DNA from: Eledone cirrhosa
Taxonomy: Eukaryota
DNA length: 64,000 nucleotides
Direction of reading: 5' to 3'
Assembly: GCA_964016885.1 (NCBI GenBank)
Contig: OZ024755.1
Location: forward strand, 17,918,001-17,982,000
Shown: positions 13,750 to 25,849 of the stretch, one piece after another
Numbering within the stretch: the stretch's first letter is position 1
How the letters are laid out: each line of letters starts with the position of its first letter
Notes under the pieces: generated by a model
The model's database searches: none
Told to the model about the DNA's origin: nothing
What the model saw: the letters and a program-made list of their open reading frames with translations, nothing else
Made by a program: the position numbers and the translations under genes

Positions 13750-14297
13750 TGACGATGGTGGTGATGGTAGTGGTGGTAGTGGTGATGGTGGTGGTGGTGG
13801 TGGTGGTGATGTTGATGAGCGGTGGTGTTGATGATAGTGGTGATGGTGGTGGTAATTATGATGATAGTGGTGACGGTGCTGATGTTGATGAGAGCGGTGA
13901 CGGTGGTAACGATGTTGATGTTGATGATAGTGGTGCCGGCGGTGATGATGATGATGGTGGTGGTAACGACGGTGGTAACGATGTTGATGTTGATGATAGT
14001 GGTGCCGGTGATGATGGTGGTGGTGGTGGTGGTGGTGGTGACGGTGGTAACGATGTTGACGTTGACGGTGACGGTAATGGAAATGGTGGTGGCGGTGACG
14101 GTGGTAACGATGTTGATGTTGACGGTGACGGTAATGGAAATGGTGGTGGTGGTGACGGTGGTAACGATGTTGATGTTGACGGTGACGGTAATGGAAATGG
14201 TGGTGGTGGTGGTGACGGTGGTAACGATGTTGATGTTGATGGTGACGGTGACGGTAATGGAAATGGTGGTGGTGGTGGTGCCGCCGATAGCGATGAC
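13750..14297. repeat. (GGT/GAT/GAC)n trinucleotide-derived minisatellite with ~54-60 bp super-unit
   Basis: Repeats of ggtgacggtggtaacgatgttgatgttgacggtgacggtaatggaaatggtggt; open in several frames. Confidence 0.9.
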
Positions 14298-14731
14298 TGA
14301 ATATAAAAATAACTGAACATAACTTGAATGTCTATGTAATAACTCATGGCAAACTATTTTCTTCTTGCTCTCTTTCTTTCTTTGCATCGTTGCAGTTGAA
14401 GACGATCAGAATGTGTGTAAACAACTAATGTAACAAACAAGGAGTGGTGCGGGGTGAAGGAAACGGGGGGAGGGTTGAAAACGCGGCTGGTAAAACAACA
14501 CATACACTCATACAGTTAATATACACACACACACACACACACAGATAATATATATATATTCAGACACTCACATACACTCACATACACACACAGATAATAT
14601 ATATATATTCAGACACTCACAGACACTCACATACACACACAGATAATATATATATATTCAGACACTCACGTACACTCACATACACACACAGATAATATAT
14701 ATATATTCAGACACTCACGTACACATACAAT

Positions 14732-14794
<63 letters not shown>

Positions 14795-14949
14795 TACGCG
14801 TGCAGAGTTAATACACAGGCATATAAATGTAATACATACACACATACTCATACAGTTAATATACACACAGTTTATATATATATACGCATACAGATTTAGT
14901 GCATAGATACACAAACACACACGGTTTATATATATATATATAGAGAGAG

Positions 14950-15139
14950 AGGAGTAAGTAAGACCCCGACGGCTGAGCTCAAGCCGTTTCGACGGCTAAT
15001 TCTGTACAGAATTAGCCGTCGAAACGGGTTGAGCTCAGCCGTCGGGGTCTTACTTACTCCTATTACCCACTCTACTACCCTAAGTATTGAGTACTTTGGT
15101 GCGTTATGGTCCACTTGGTTCCTTACCACTTTTCCCTCG

Positions 15140-15140
<1 letters not shown>
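14950..15140 (+). mobile_element. Penelope-like/retrozyme-type terminal fragment with a 112-bp near-perfect palindrome
   Basis: 14950-15061 palindrome centred on tgtaca (1 mismatch) containing GAAA-stem III-UC, then the family tail ctattacccactctactaccctaagtattgagtact; embedded in (TA)n. Confidence 0.6.
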
Positions 15141-15194
<54 letters not shown>

Positions 15195-15399
15195 TATACG
15201 CGCATACAGAGTTAATACACATTGCATACAGATTTAATACATACACGCACACACAGAGTTAATACACACGCAAACAATATAGACTTGACTCGCTCTTGTT
15301 TTTAAGGCATGGATGATGCAAAATCTGATTTCCTCTAATTGTGTAGCCTTGTGCCAAGAAAATCAACACATACACACATATATATATATATATATATAT

Positions 15400-15593
15400 A
15401 ACGGAGTTGTGGTAATGAACCAGATGGACCATAACGCACCAGAGTACTCAATACTTAGGGTAGTAGAGTGGGTAATAGGAAAATGTATGACCCCGACGGC
15501 AGAGCTCAAGCCGTTTCGATGGCTATTTCTGGACTCCAGAAATAACCGTCGAAACGGCTTGAGCTCTGCCGTCGGGGTCATACATTTTCCTAT
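15400..15593 (-). mobile_element. Second copy of the same palindromic element, inverted
   Basis: Tail at 15400-15475 is the reverse complement of the family tail; palindrome 15475-15593 has a 1-nt loop. Confidence 0.6.
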
Positions 15594-16131
15594 ATATATA
15601 TATATGTGTGTGTGTGAGAGAGTGTTTGTGTGTAAATATATATATATATATATATATATACATACGTGTGTGTGTGTGTGTGTGCACGTATTATGTGTGC
15701 GTACAATGGGGTGTGGTGAGTGGACGGGAGGTATTGCCTTAAAGAGAGATATGAAGGGGAGGAGAAAATTGAAAATAAAGAGGACGAGAAAGTCACAGCT
15801 TGTGAAGGGGTGAGAGAGACGCTGGAGTGGGAGTGAGTAAGATATATAGAGAGAGGAGAGAGAGAGAGCGAAGGTGGAAAAAGAGTGGGTGGTAACAGTA
15901 AGGCGGAGGAGGGGGGAAATGGAGTAATGTGGACGGAGGGGCCGGGTGGGAGATGTTGTTTACAACGAAGAAATAGATTAAGAGCAAAGAGAGAGAGAAC
16001 AGAAAATAAAGAAAAGATGAGTGTGTGACGAGAAAATACTCATATTGATGAAGAGGAGAGAGAGGGGGAAAAACAATGCACCAAGGAGATAAAATATTAT
16101 TGATATAGAAAAGATTGCGTGTGCGTGTAAT

Positions 16132-16169
<38 letters not shown>

Positions 16170-16545
16170 TATATAATATATATATATGTGTGTGTGTGTG
16201 TATGCGCATGTATATGTGAGTGTGTGTATATATATATAATTACATATATATATATATGTGTGTATGTATCCCGGGTTCAATCGGGAGTAACGACAGTAAC
16301 TAAGGTACTCAATACATAGCAGAGTATAAAAGTTTAATATAGGAACGGCTTCTACAGAACTAGAACTGTTTCATTCGAAGGAAATCATTTTATATATATA
16401 CATTTTATTTATATATATATATATATACATTTTATATATATATACATTTTATATATATATTATATATATATATACAAATAATGAGTTTTACAATGAATTA
16501 ACCGTTTTTTGTTTAATTTCATTGTTTTACTATTTGTATATATAT

Positions 16546-16581
<36 letters not shown>

Positions 16582-17725
16582 AGAGAGAGACAGAGATTTA
16601 GAATTAGCACTAGAAACGAGAGAGGGGGGAAGTGAAGAAAGAAGAATAAAGGGTTAACAAATTATTACAGAAGAGCAAAATTATGGAAAATAAATAACAA
16701 AAGGTAATAAATTTAAAGTGGAAAAACAAAAACAATCATAAACAGAAAAAATCATAAAACAAAACAAGAAATCGGGATGTGTGTGTGAAGGCTGGGAGAA
16801 AAGGGGAAATAAAGTTAAAAATAATAAAAATCAAGGTAAATGATTGAAAGAAGGAAAAAAGTAAGTATTAAAGATTTGAGACAAACAACTTGTGTAGCAG
16901 CTGAGCATCACTGCGCATGTCCAAGGCCGCCATTGATAAAATTTCGTAAAACGTACACACACACACATACATACATACATACACATAAATACATACACAC
17001 AAATACATACACACATATACATAAATACACACTCACATGCACGCATATACACACGTTTTATACTATAACTTAGACGTCAATAACACTATATACACTCACT
17101 ATACACGCTTACATAACTACACACATTTTATACTATAACCTAGACGTCAATAACACTATATATACACACACTACAGTTGCCAGCACCACACCAAACGCAC
17201 CCTCTCTTCCTTCCTCCCGTCCCGTTTATTTCTTCTACAACCGTCCGTTATGGACCTTAAAGAATCCTGCTAACTGCTAGAATCATTATGGATCTATAAA
17301 AATCCCAATGCTCGTCATTCGAACTGTTTTTTTTTTTTGTCCAGTTTATTGTGAACAAAGGTGCGCAAAGATCGAACGAAGCAATTTTTGTCTTCGTTAG
17401 TATAATAGATTTACAAACGCTTAATAGAAGAAACAAGCAAGCTTATCACATCACACACAGCCCAAAACCTCTGCTTTACCCGTCCGTGTATTTTACGTTA
17501 ATTTAATTTAATTTAATTTTATACACATAAGTTGAACATCTATGTTCACTAATGTTTACATATTTTCCAACAACAAAAAATCCGTTGCTGTTTATTGAAG
17601 GGAAAGAGGATTTTACTGTTTGCTATACACATCCGAGTCCAGGGTGCCAGCGCGGCTGTCAAATGTTTTCTCACAACTTTGTGTAGCCTTGAAACGGTTT
17701 CCAGCCGAGTTACCTTTTCACCACA

Positions 17726-18038
17726 ATGTACCACAAAAACAACTACAACTATCAGGATAACACTTTCGATGAAAATAATCCAGCATTTTCTTCTGAACTT
17801 ATATTACCGGCTCTGCCCATCATGCAGCCAACGACATATGAATGTCCTTATATTGAGCTCCATGAAAGGACCACAGAATACCAAACGACTAAACACACCC
17901 TCAGATTTTGTCTGTCGGGCTTACAACATTTCACACACACTTCGTCCGTAACCTTCATTATGTCCATACTTTTATTCTACGCTTACACATTAGTTAGCTT
18001 AACTCAAGCTGACAAATTACCATCGGATCGATTTCATG
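17726..18038 (+). CDS. Exon 1 of an uncharacterised secreted or type II membrane glycoprotein (alternative start ATG 17960)
   Basis: Non-repetitive open frame ending at donor CATG|gtgaga (phase 1); hydrophobic MSILLFYAYTLVSLTQA resembles a signal peptide; phase matches exon 2. Confidence 0.65.
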
Positions 18039-18802
18039 GTGAGATTTTCTCTCTCTATCTATCTATTTATCTCTCTGGCCATCTATCTGTATTATATTAT
18101 CTATTTCCGTACACATTGACCATTGTTAGTAACTTATGTAAGATTTATTGAAAGATTTCCGGTTAAGTTATTTAATATATATATATTAATATTATGTCTG
18201 GAATTAGGTGCAACCAAACAGATCGAGGATACTTAGATATTTTAAAGTGCTTAATTTGATAAGTAACTTCTGAATTCAAATTCTTTTGGGAATCACATTG
18301 ATTTTTTCACTGTCTTTTTGTGTGTTCGATAAAATAAGTACACGAATCGTTATTCCATTAAACGTATCTGTTTTTCGAAACAAACAAAAATGACCCCGTA
18401 TTAGACAAAAGAAATCGGTAAAGTCGTTGGACCTTTGAAATGTCCGAAGATTGGTAATGGACGAGGAACTAGAATGCAATCTAAATATATTAAATAATTT
18501 AGTTTATTGTTTTTCAAACCGTGTCTTTCGTCCACCAACCAATGCTTGATAAAATATGTACCAGTAACATACTAGGGCGATCCAATCGACTATGTTCTTC
18601 CTTCATCAACAATTTGGCAATGTGCCTAATCAAAAGAAATCTGTTCTCATCATATGAGCAAGAGAAAACATTTATTTCTGATGATCAACATAAATGATTT
18701 TTATTCAGCCTATTGAATGTCTACGGGCGATCGTTGAACCAACCATCGTCCATCACCATTCTGCTTACGCAGGAATTATTCTCTATTCTTCTTACCATAC
18801 AT

Positions 18803-18864
<62 letters not shown>

Positions 18865-18865
<1 letters not shown>

Positions 18866-18928
18866 TGGTGTTTTTGTCTGATGACCCTGTGATAAACAGG
18901 CGAAACTCCAGAGAAACAAGACTTACCA
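18865..18928 (+). ncRNA. Degenerate type I hammerhead ribozyme motif in intron 1
   Basis: ttgt-CTGATGA-ccctg...cagg-c-GAAA-ctc ca gag-AA-acaag; the UH site is mutated to AA. Confidence 0.55.
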
Positions 18929-20929
18929 TTTAGCCTTAATAGAATGAAATATATATATATATATATATATATAATGTGTAGATTCCCGAGTTGTGTCGGA
19001 GGGTAACCACAGTTTAAAAAGGGGTACTCAATGCATCGGTAGAGTATAGACATTTTTATGAGAAGTCCTTTCAATGTGTATATATATATTATATATAAAT
19101 ACATTTTCTATTGTAAAACTATGACTATAAACCTATCGTTTTTATATAATGTAATCGGGTGTGTAGAGATAATAGCCACGTGTACCAGGGTGACTGGCTT
19201 CTGATGTTGACGATTTTAAGGTTGGAAGTTTATTGGAAGAATTGTTTTGGTAGACTTTAATTTAAGATTAATTCCTGCTTAGGTGGCTTATTTTGGCTGG
19301 GGCTCGTTATCAGCAGCTTGTCTACTAAAACTAAACCGCCTGCAGACAAACATCATCGTACTAGCCAAGTTCTTTATACTAGAACTAGAATAGACTGTTT
19401 TTGTTATTTAACGTCGGGTTCTCTATTAACTTGGCTGTTCATGTTACCATTATTATTTTGATATACTCATGTTATTGTGTTATACAAGGGTCGGCAGAAC
19501 AGTTCATAAACTCACCAAGATACTCTCATGGAATGACCAAATGAGGTTTTATTTTTCAACATAGTCCCCTCCCTGTTATTAAGAAGAAAAGTTGAAATTA
19601 ATGCATGTAAGATTTCACGGCGCTAGCATCGCTCCTTCATAGTCATCCTAAGAGCCGACCCTCGATATATATATATATGAGGGTCGGCTGACTAAGATAC
19701 TTTCATGGAATGACCAAATGAGTTAATAAGAAGAGTTGAAATTCTAGCATGCAAGATTTCACAGCACTAGCATCATTCCTTCATAGTCAGCCTACCCTCG
19801 TATATAGTAGTAACGAGGGTTCGGAGATATGTGTTGAAAAAACTATTGTGTTGTGTTGTGATGTGCATACCTTTCTTTAAATTAATTATAGAGCATTTAT
19901 CATCAACGTCAGATAATAAATGACTCTAATCATGAATTGAACTTGTACTTGGCTCGACGAAATCCTAGTTCAACTACAACACGTACCTTGTCTTTGTTAT
20001 ATAACGAAGTTAATGTTTGTGATTGAAATATCAATCAACGTCGCCAATAAGCTTCTCTTTTTTTTTCCACTTAAAAAAACAAAAAGCCCTCTCAGAGTTT
20101 GTGTTTATGTATTATTTTCGGGAACCTGGGATATTATGTTTATTTTAAAAAATATTGTCGAGGTTAACTTTCCCTTTCATCCTTACGGGGTCGATAAAAT
20201 AAAGTACCAGTAATGCACTGGGTAATTGCTGGCCGTGTGCCAAAAGTAGAAACAATTATTAACAGTTTGTTTATATATTATTCTTGGGAATCTGGGATAT
20301 TATGCCTATTTAAAAAAATATTGTCACCGTTCTAAATAAACCCAGTTTGTTTGGTAAACTCAAGGTTTATTTACGTTGGTGTTGTCTCATATATAATGAA
20401 AGTTTGGGGTTAAGTCTTGTAGACTTCAAAAACGTTAAGCAGTCATGTTGTATGTAGATAAAAAGAGTTTAAATTTGGACGACGAAGTTGGCAAGCGACA
20501 GGTTATATAAAGTTGCTGAGTTTGCAAACATTATTGTCAACCTAAGTACTTATTCAATTCTACATTATCTCTTAAGAAAACACAACACAATGAATACCCA
20601 TTGAATTCTTTACAATTCTCTCTCTCTCAGCTCATATATAATATATTAACTAATATATTAACTCAGAGCTTCCGTTACTGTTTTGGGATTGGGGGGGGGG
20701 GGGGGTATAAGTATATATATATACTGTACATGTATTATTATTAACTTATGCTTTTTATCACCAATAAGAGACTAAGAAAGAAATTTAAAAAACACGATCA
20801 TACTAACATATTTAGAGACAATAGAAAATATATTGAAACTAATTATTGGAGGGGCTTAAACCCCTTAATAGCGGAATATTTCTTAACAGTAATAATTTCT
20901 TACATAGGTTCAGGGCCAGAAATGTTTTT

Positions 20930-20973
<44 letters not shown>

Positions 20974-22223
20974 AGGGATCAGTCTATTATATTAACCCTA
21001 GAAGGATGAAAATCAAAGTTGACCTGGGTGGGATTTGAACGCGTAACATAGAGATTCTAAAAGAGGTATATTTGTCTGGTGTTCTAACGATTCCGCCAAT
21101 TCAACAATTAGTGACACGTACACATATGGAGTTGTTGTTTTTTTCTTTTCTTTTTGTGATAACCTCCACCTTATTATTTATAACTTTTCTAAGACTAGTT
21201 TATTTTCATCGTAAATTGTCAAGACAATTTCTCTATTTAGACCCCCCCCCCGTAACCCACTGACAACCGATTTCTTATATATATATATATATACACACAC
21301 ACACCTATTTGGTGTTTGTTTTTGTACACTATCCTCTCTTCTCGTAAATGCCTTAATTGATCCATATTTTATTTAAAAAATAAAATATCGTGTTTACAGT
21401 TAGGTTCACGTTGTTGTTTTAGCTCTGATTGAACAAAGATACTATGATCTAAGACATTCCAGCCGTGACCATCTCATTATTTTCCTAGATACACCTAGGA
21501 CCAATCACATTATCCAATGTGGTCCTTGCTTCTTATTTTTAACGATAGGGTGTGATTTGAGAGATCGTACTGCTAAATTCCGTCATAATTGAAAATAACA
21601 TGAGTAAGAAGGAACCCAACGAACTCTCCTCTCTGCTACTTAATAAAACTCCTACAAATTGCATGTAGCCTCCCCCAACAATTAATGCATTTTAAAATGT
21701 GTTTAATGGTGTTGTAACAAGGGCCCCACCTTGTTTGGCAATTTACCTACTAGTTTATTTACTTGGTTCACTGCTAAATTAATTCCAAGTCATTCAATAT
21801 CTATCGATGTATGTACGTCGAACGTGTTCTTCCTTCCTCACCATGTTGTTTTCAACGATGCAATGCAATGCTAATAACAAGCTCTCCTTCGGTTTACCAA
21901 ACTGGACGAGGAAATAGATTACAAAAAAAAAAAGACAAAAAGCTAAGGAACGAAGGGTGTGTGTATGTAATGTGTAAGGTGCGTGTGTCTGCCAATAAGT
22001 GTAGTAAACATGCAGATATGGAGGTTGTTTTCATTAAGGTATCGATTTATGTGGATTGTCCTAAATCTGTGTTGTTTTGCCGCCGTTTTTAGGTCAATTA
22101 TCGACTGCTTCTTACGCATATGTAAATGTTGTTTACGATAGATTCGTCACTGTGGGTGGGTGTGCGTGTGTTGGGAAAGAGGTGGGCGCATATGCATTTG
22201 CTTAGCTGTTTTATACACACACA

Positions 22224-22302
<79 letters not shown>

Positions 22303-22670
22303 TGCAAAGGCATGTGATTAAAATAAAAGATTTCGTAACAAACATTGATATAAACACCCACTTCTGATTTGAAATGTACATGTATATATATACTTGAGTG
22401 GACTCTTATATAAGCAGGTGTTAACACACATACATATGCATACACATAGTGTATATTTATAGATAAACATGTGTATGTATGCATATACTCATAATAAAGT
22501 GTGTATTTACAGGTAAACGTATATATATATATACATACACACACACGCCTCAATGCTTCGTATTAAGCACACTAATATATACACATATATATATATATAT
22601 ATATAGGAGACTCCAACCGTGAAGGTTGCATTTCTTCAGGGTATGTCAATATTTATTTATAAAACTAATC

Positions 22671-22750
22671 TATATTATATTTTATCTGATGAAAGCGCAC
22701 CATAATCTGCCTTGGTGGCCCTTGAAATATGTATAATGAAATAAATATGG
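22671..22750 (+). ncRNA. Type I hammerhead ribozyme with intact catalytic core (intron 1, sense)
   Basis: Stem I tatattatattttat/atgaaataaatatg; CTGATGA 22686-22692; stem II aagcgcacca/tggtggccctt; GAAA 22724-22727; minimal stem III; AUA site ending at 22735. Confidence 0.65.
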
Positions 22751-23803
22751 TTTTATAAATATAGTTTCCATTTGTTAATATATTGTATATGTATATATAT
22801 ATATATATATATATACGATGCACCCAGCTCACTCTGTAAATAAGTGTTGGTGGTGCCACGAGAAGTGTTTGGCGTTAATACGGGCAGCCAACCATTGAAA
22901 CCATTCCAAAATGGATCGGATGAGCAAGGGAGGCAGTCCTCTGACCAGTCTAGCCACAGAACATGACAACTCTAACCCTTACAAGCGTAGACAATAGATG
23001 TGAAACGCTGACGGTGGTGGTGTAATCAGGTTGCACACTTATCCGGATAATAAAAGATGTAGGTTCGATTCCTAAGCATGGTGATGCCCATTTTTTCTTC
23101 TTTATGGGGGCTTATATGTCCTGTTGTTTGATTTTTTTTTCTGTAGTCAAAATACGGCTAAATCTTACAATTCTATTATCAAATTTTCAATCGCTGCCGT
23201 ATTCTAAGACACGTGCTGGTTCACACACACAATAGTATGTATAAATCGAAGTTGTAGCCGCAGTAGAGCAGTTTATACACACGCGCACACTCGCAAGCCT
23301 ACTCTTGCCAACAAAAGAATTACGGCATGGGTAAACAAAGAAAAAGAGAGCATCTAGAAAGTTGAATGATCTGTTAGAAATAGCAACCAAACCCCCCTTA
23401 AATTAGATAAGACGCGTTGGATAATGTGGACGTGATTTCTCTGCACATGTGAAAAAGATGGGAGTGATCATGGCTTGATCACAGGTGTGCAAGCTGAGAG
23501 TTAACCAGGTGTTAAACAATAACAAAAGGTCATTGTCCTCAGCTATAATGAAGCTGTTTATAAATTCATTAAGGCGACCAACTCTCAAAGCTTAGTGATT
23601 ACATTGATCTGATCATCAATTTAATACATAGATACGTAATACTAAGACGTATTTTTTTAATTGCGCTTATCCTATTTATGTGACTTTCTGTCAGTTTTTA
23701 ATGTACACATTTAAAGCTTTTTATTGCAGATAGTAACAACACTAAGTGCCATCTAATTACAATAGTTCTGGAAGTAATTCTTGGTAAATCAAGTAGTCAA
23801 GGA

Positions 23804-24000
23804 CAGGCATGTCAAACATGCGGCCCTTAACAAGCACATCTGCGGCCAGCACAAAGGTTTTTACAGTACAAGCATGTTTTGTCGTAATATAAAATTTAAA
23901 AAATTAGTTGTAATGTGTGCAATTAGTTGTCATGTGTGACCCCTAGACAACACATATGTGATCCATGTGACCCTCGGGGCCCCTCAGTTTGACATGCCGG
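23804..24000. mobile_element. hAT-family MITE
   Basis: TIRs caggcatgtcaaac / gtttgacatgccgg, subterminal gcggccc motifs, 8-bp TSD gtcaagga/atcaagga. Confidence 0.8.
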
Positions 24001-25849
24001 ATCAAGGATATTTTAACTCTAAGCAATCCATTGGTGGTAGTTTTGACAAAATATAACCAATTTTATTAATGAACTGGTGGTGAAAGGACATCTACTCAGA
24101 TGCTGATCCAGCTAATGAAATCATACATGCTACCATTTCAAAAGGAACATCACATCATCATCATTTAATTGTTTCTACTTTAGGCACCAGGCCAGCAAAT
24201 AACCCAGTGTATTACTGGTACTTTATTTTTATCGACCCCGTAAGGATAAAAGGCAAAGTCAACCTCGGCGGGATTTGAACTCAGATCGTAAAGGGACGTA
24301 ATTATGCTGGAAAGCATGGCGTCCGAGCCTCTACCGATACTGCCAATCCACCGCCATGCTTGAATGTGATAGACAGGTTGCCACGTTATGAGACAGGTCA
24401 GATCAGATGACTATGTCTTGCTCATACAGATCTGTATTTTGGCTTGTTTTCTATGGTTGGATGCCATTCCTAATACCAAGCACATTACAGTGTGGACTGG
24501 ATGCTTTTTATCGGGGCACTGGAATGACCACCTTACATGGTGAACTGAGTGCCATTTTTCGCATCACAGCATGGCCCCTTTACAAGGTGGTCTGGGTGCT
24601 TTTGTTATTGAGGCACCGGATCAACATACAGGGCGGACTTTGAGCTTTTTGTCATGTCACCAACACTTTCCATGCTTGCGTAGGTTTGATGTGTTGTCAT
24701 GTTTTGAGGCTAGATAAACAGGTCAGATGACTGTTTTCTTCATACGTTCTATTTTAGAAAGGTTTTCACTGAGTGTACTGGGTTCATTTCCTCATGGCAC
24801 CAACATTACTGCTTGATAGGATAGACTGAGTGCATTTTTTCTTGGTACCATCATTACCACTTTACAGTGTGGGCTGAATGCATGTTATTGTAACACCAGC
24901 ACTTACACTTTATAGAGTGGCTTCGGTGCATGTCATTGTAACACCAGCACTTCTACTTTATTGAGTGGGATGGATGCATGTCATTGTAACACTAGAAGTT
25001 CCACTTTATAGTGTGGTGGATAATTTATTCAGAGCCACTATTTTCTGAGAGCCTGAGAAGGGCCATGGGTTCAGCTCTTTCCCCAAGAGTAAGCCCAAAA
25101 AATTAGAAATAAAAAAAGATTGGTTTATGGGTTTGTTGTTAGGGCTTACACTTGCATAGATTTAGCCAGGCTTCCATTGGGATGCATCTCATATGAAGTC
25201 CCTTGTATGCTTTAATGATCAGGGGCCCCTGTTTTAACATATCATTCACTTAACAAGTGGGGTGGATCTTGTTCAATCAATCGGACCAAGGAAACAATGT
25301 TTCCATTGCTTGATACTATCTACCGGTAGTAACTCCTGGCAGAAAGAGCAACATGAAATAAAGTGTCTTGCTCAAGGACATACCGCATCACCCAGTCTGG
25401 TAATGGAACTCACAACGGAACCTGCAACCTCAGAATTGCAAATCCAATTCCCGAACCAGTAAGCCATGCTCCTTCCTGAATTAGTTGGCACTTTATTTAT
25501 TAATCCTGAAAGGATAAAAGACAAAATTGACCTTGATAAGATTTGGACTTGCAGTGCAGAGAAAGGGAACAAATATTGAGATTGTTAATCTAAAACTCTT
25601 ACGACAATGTCAATTTGCTGCTTATTTACAATAAAAAGCTTAAATATGTACATTACAAACTGACAGAAAGTGACATAAATAAGATAATCGCAATAAATAA
25701 AATTAAAAACAAAATACATGCCTTATTAATACATATCAATACATTAAGTTGATCAGATCAGTGTTGAGATTTGGTTGCTTTAATGAATATTACAATTGGC
25801 AATTGTTTTTGTGATCAATAGCTTTGTTAGTAGAGGACAATAACATTTG

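Noticed and set aside
13680-14387. Gly/Asp-rich, extensin-like Pro/Ser-rich and poly-Val/Thr ORFs
   Set aside because: Open in several frames on both strands because of trinucleotide periodicity; no convincing splice context.
16345-16390. Minus-strand hammerhead (GAAA-cag...ctg-UA)
   Set aside because: Only the 3' half is present; CUGANGA and the stem I partner are lost into (TA)n.
23730-23783. Possible 54-nt phase-1/phase-1 cassette exon in intron 1 (tgcag|...G|gtaaat; DSNNTKCHLITIVLEVIL)
   Set aside because: Frame-compatible but with a weak donor and no independent support; needs RNA-seq.
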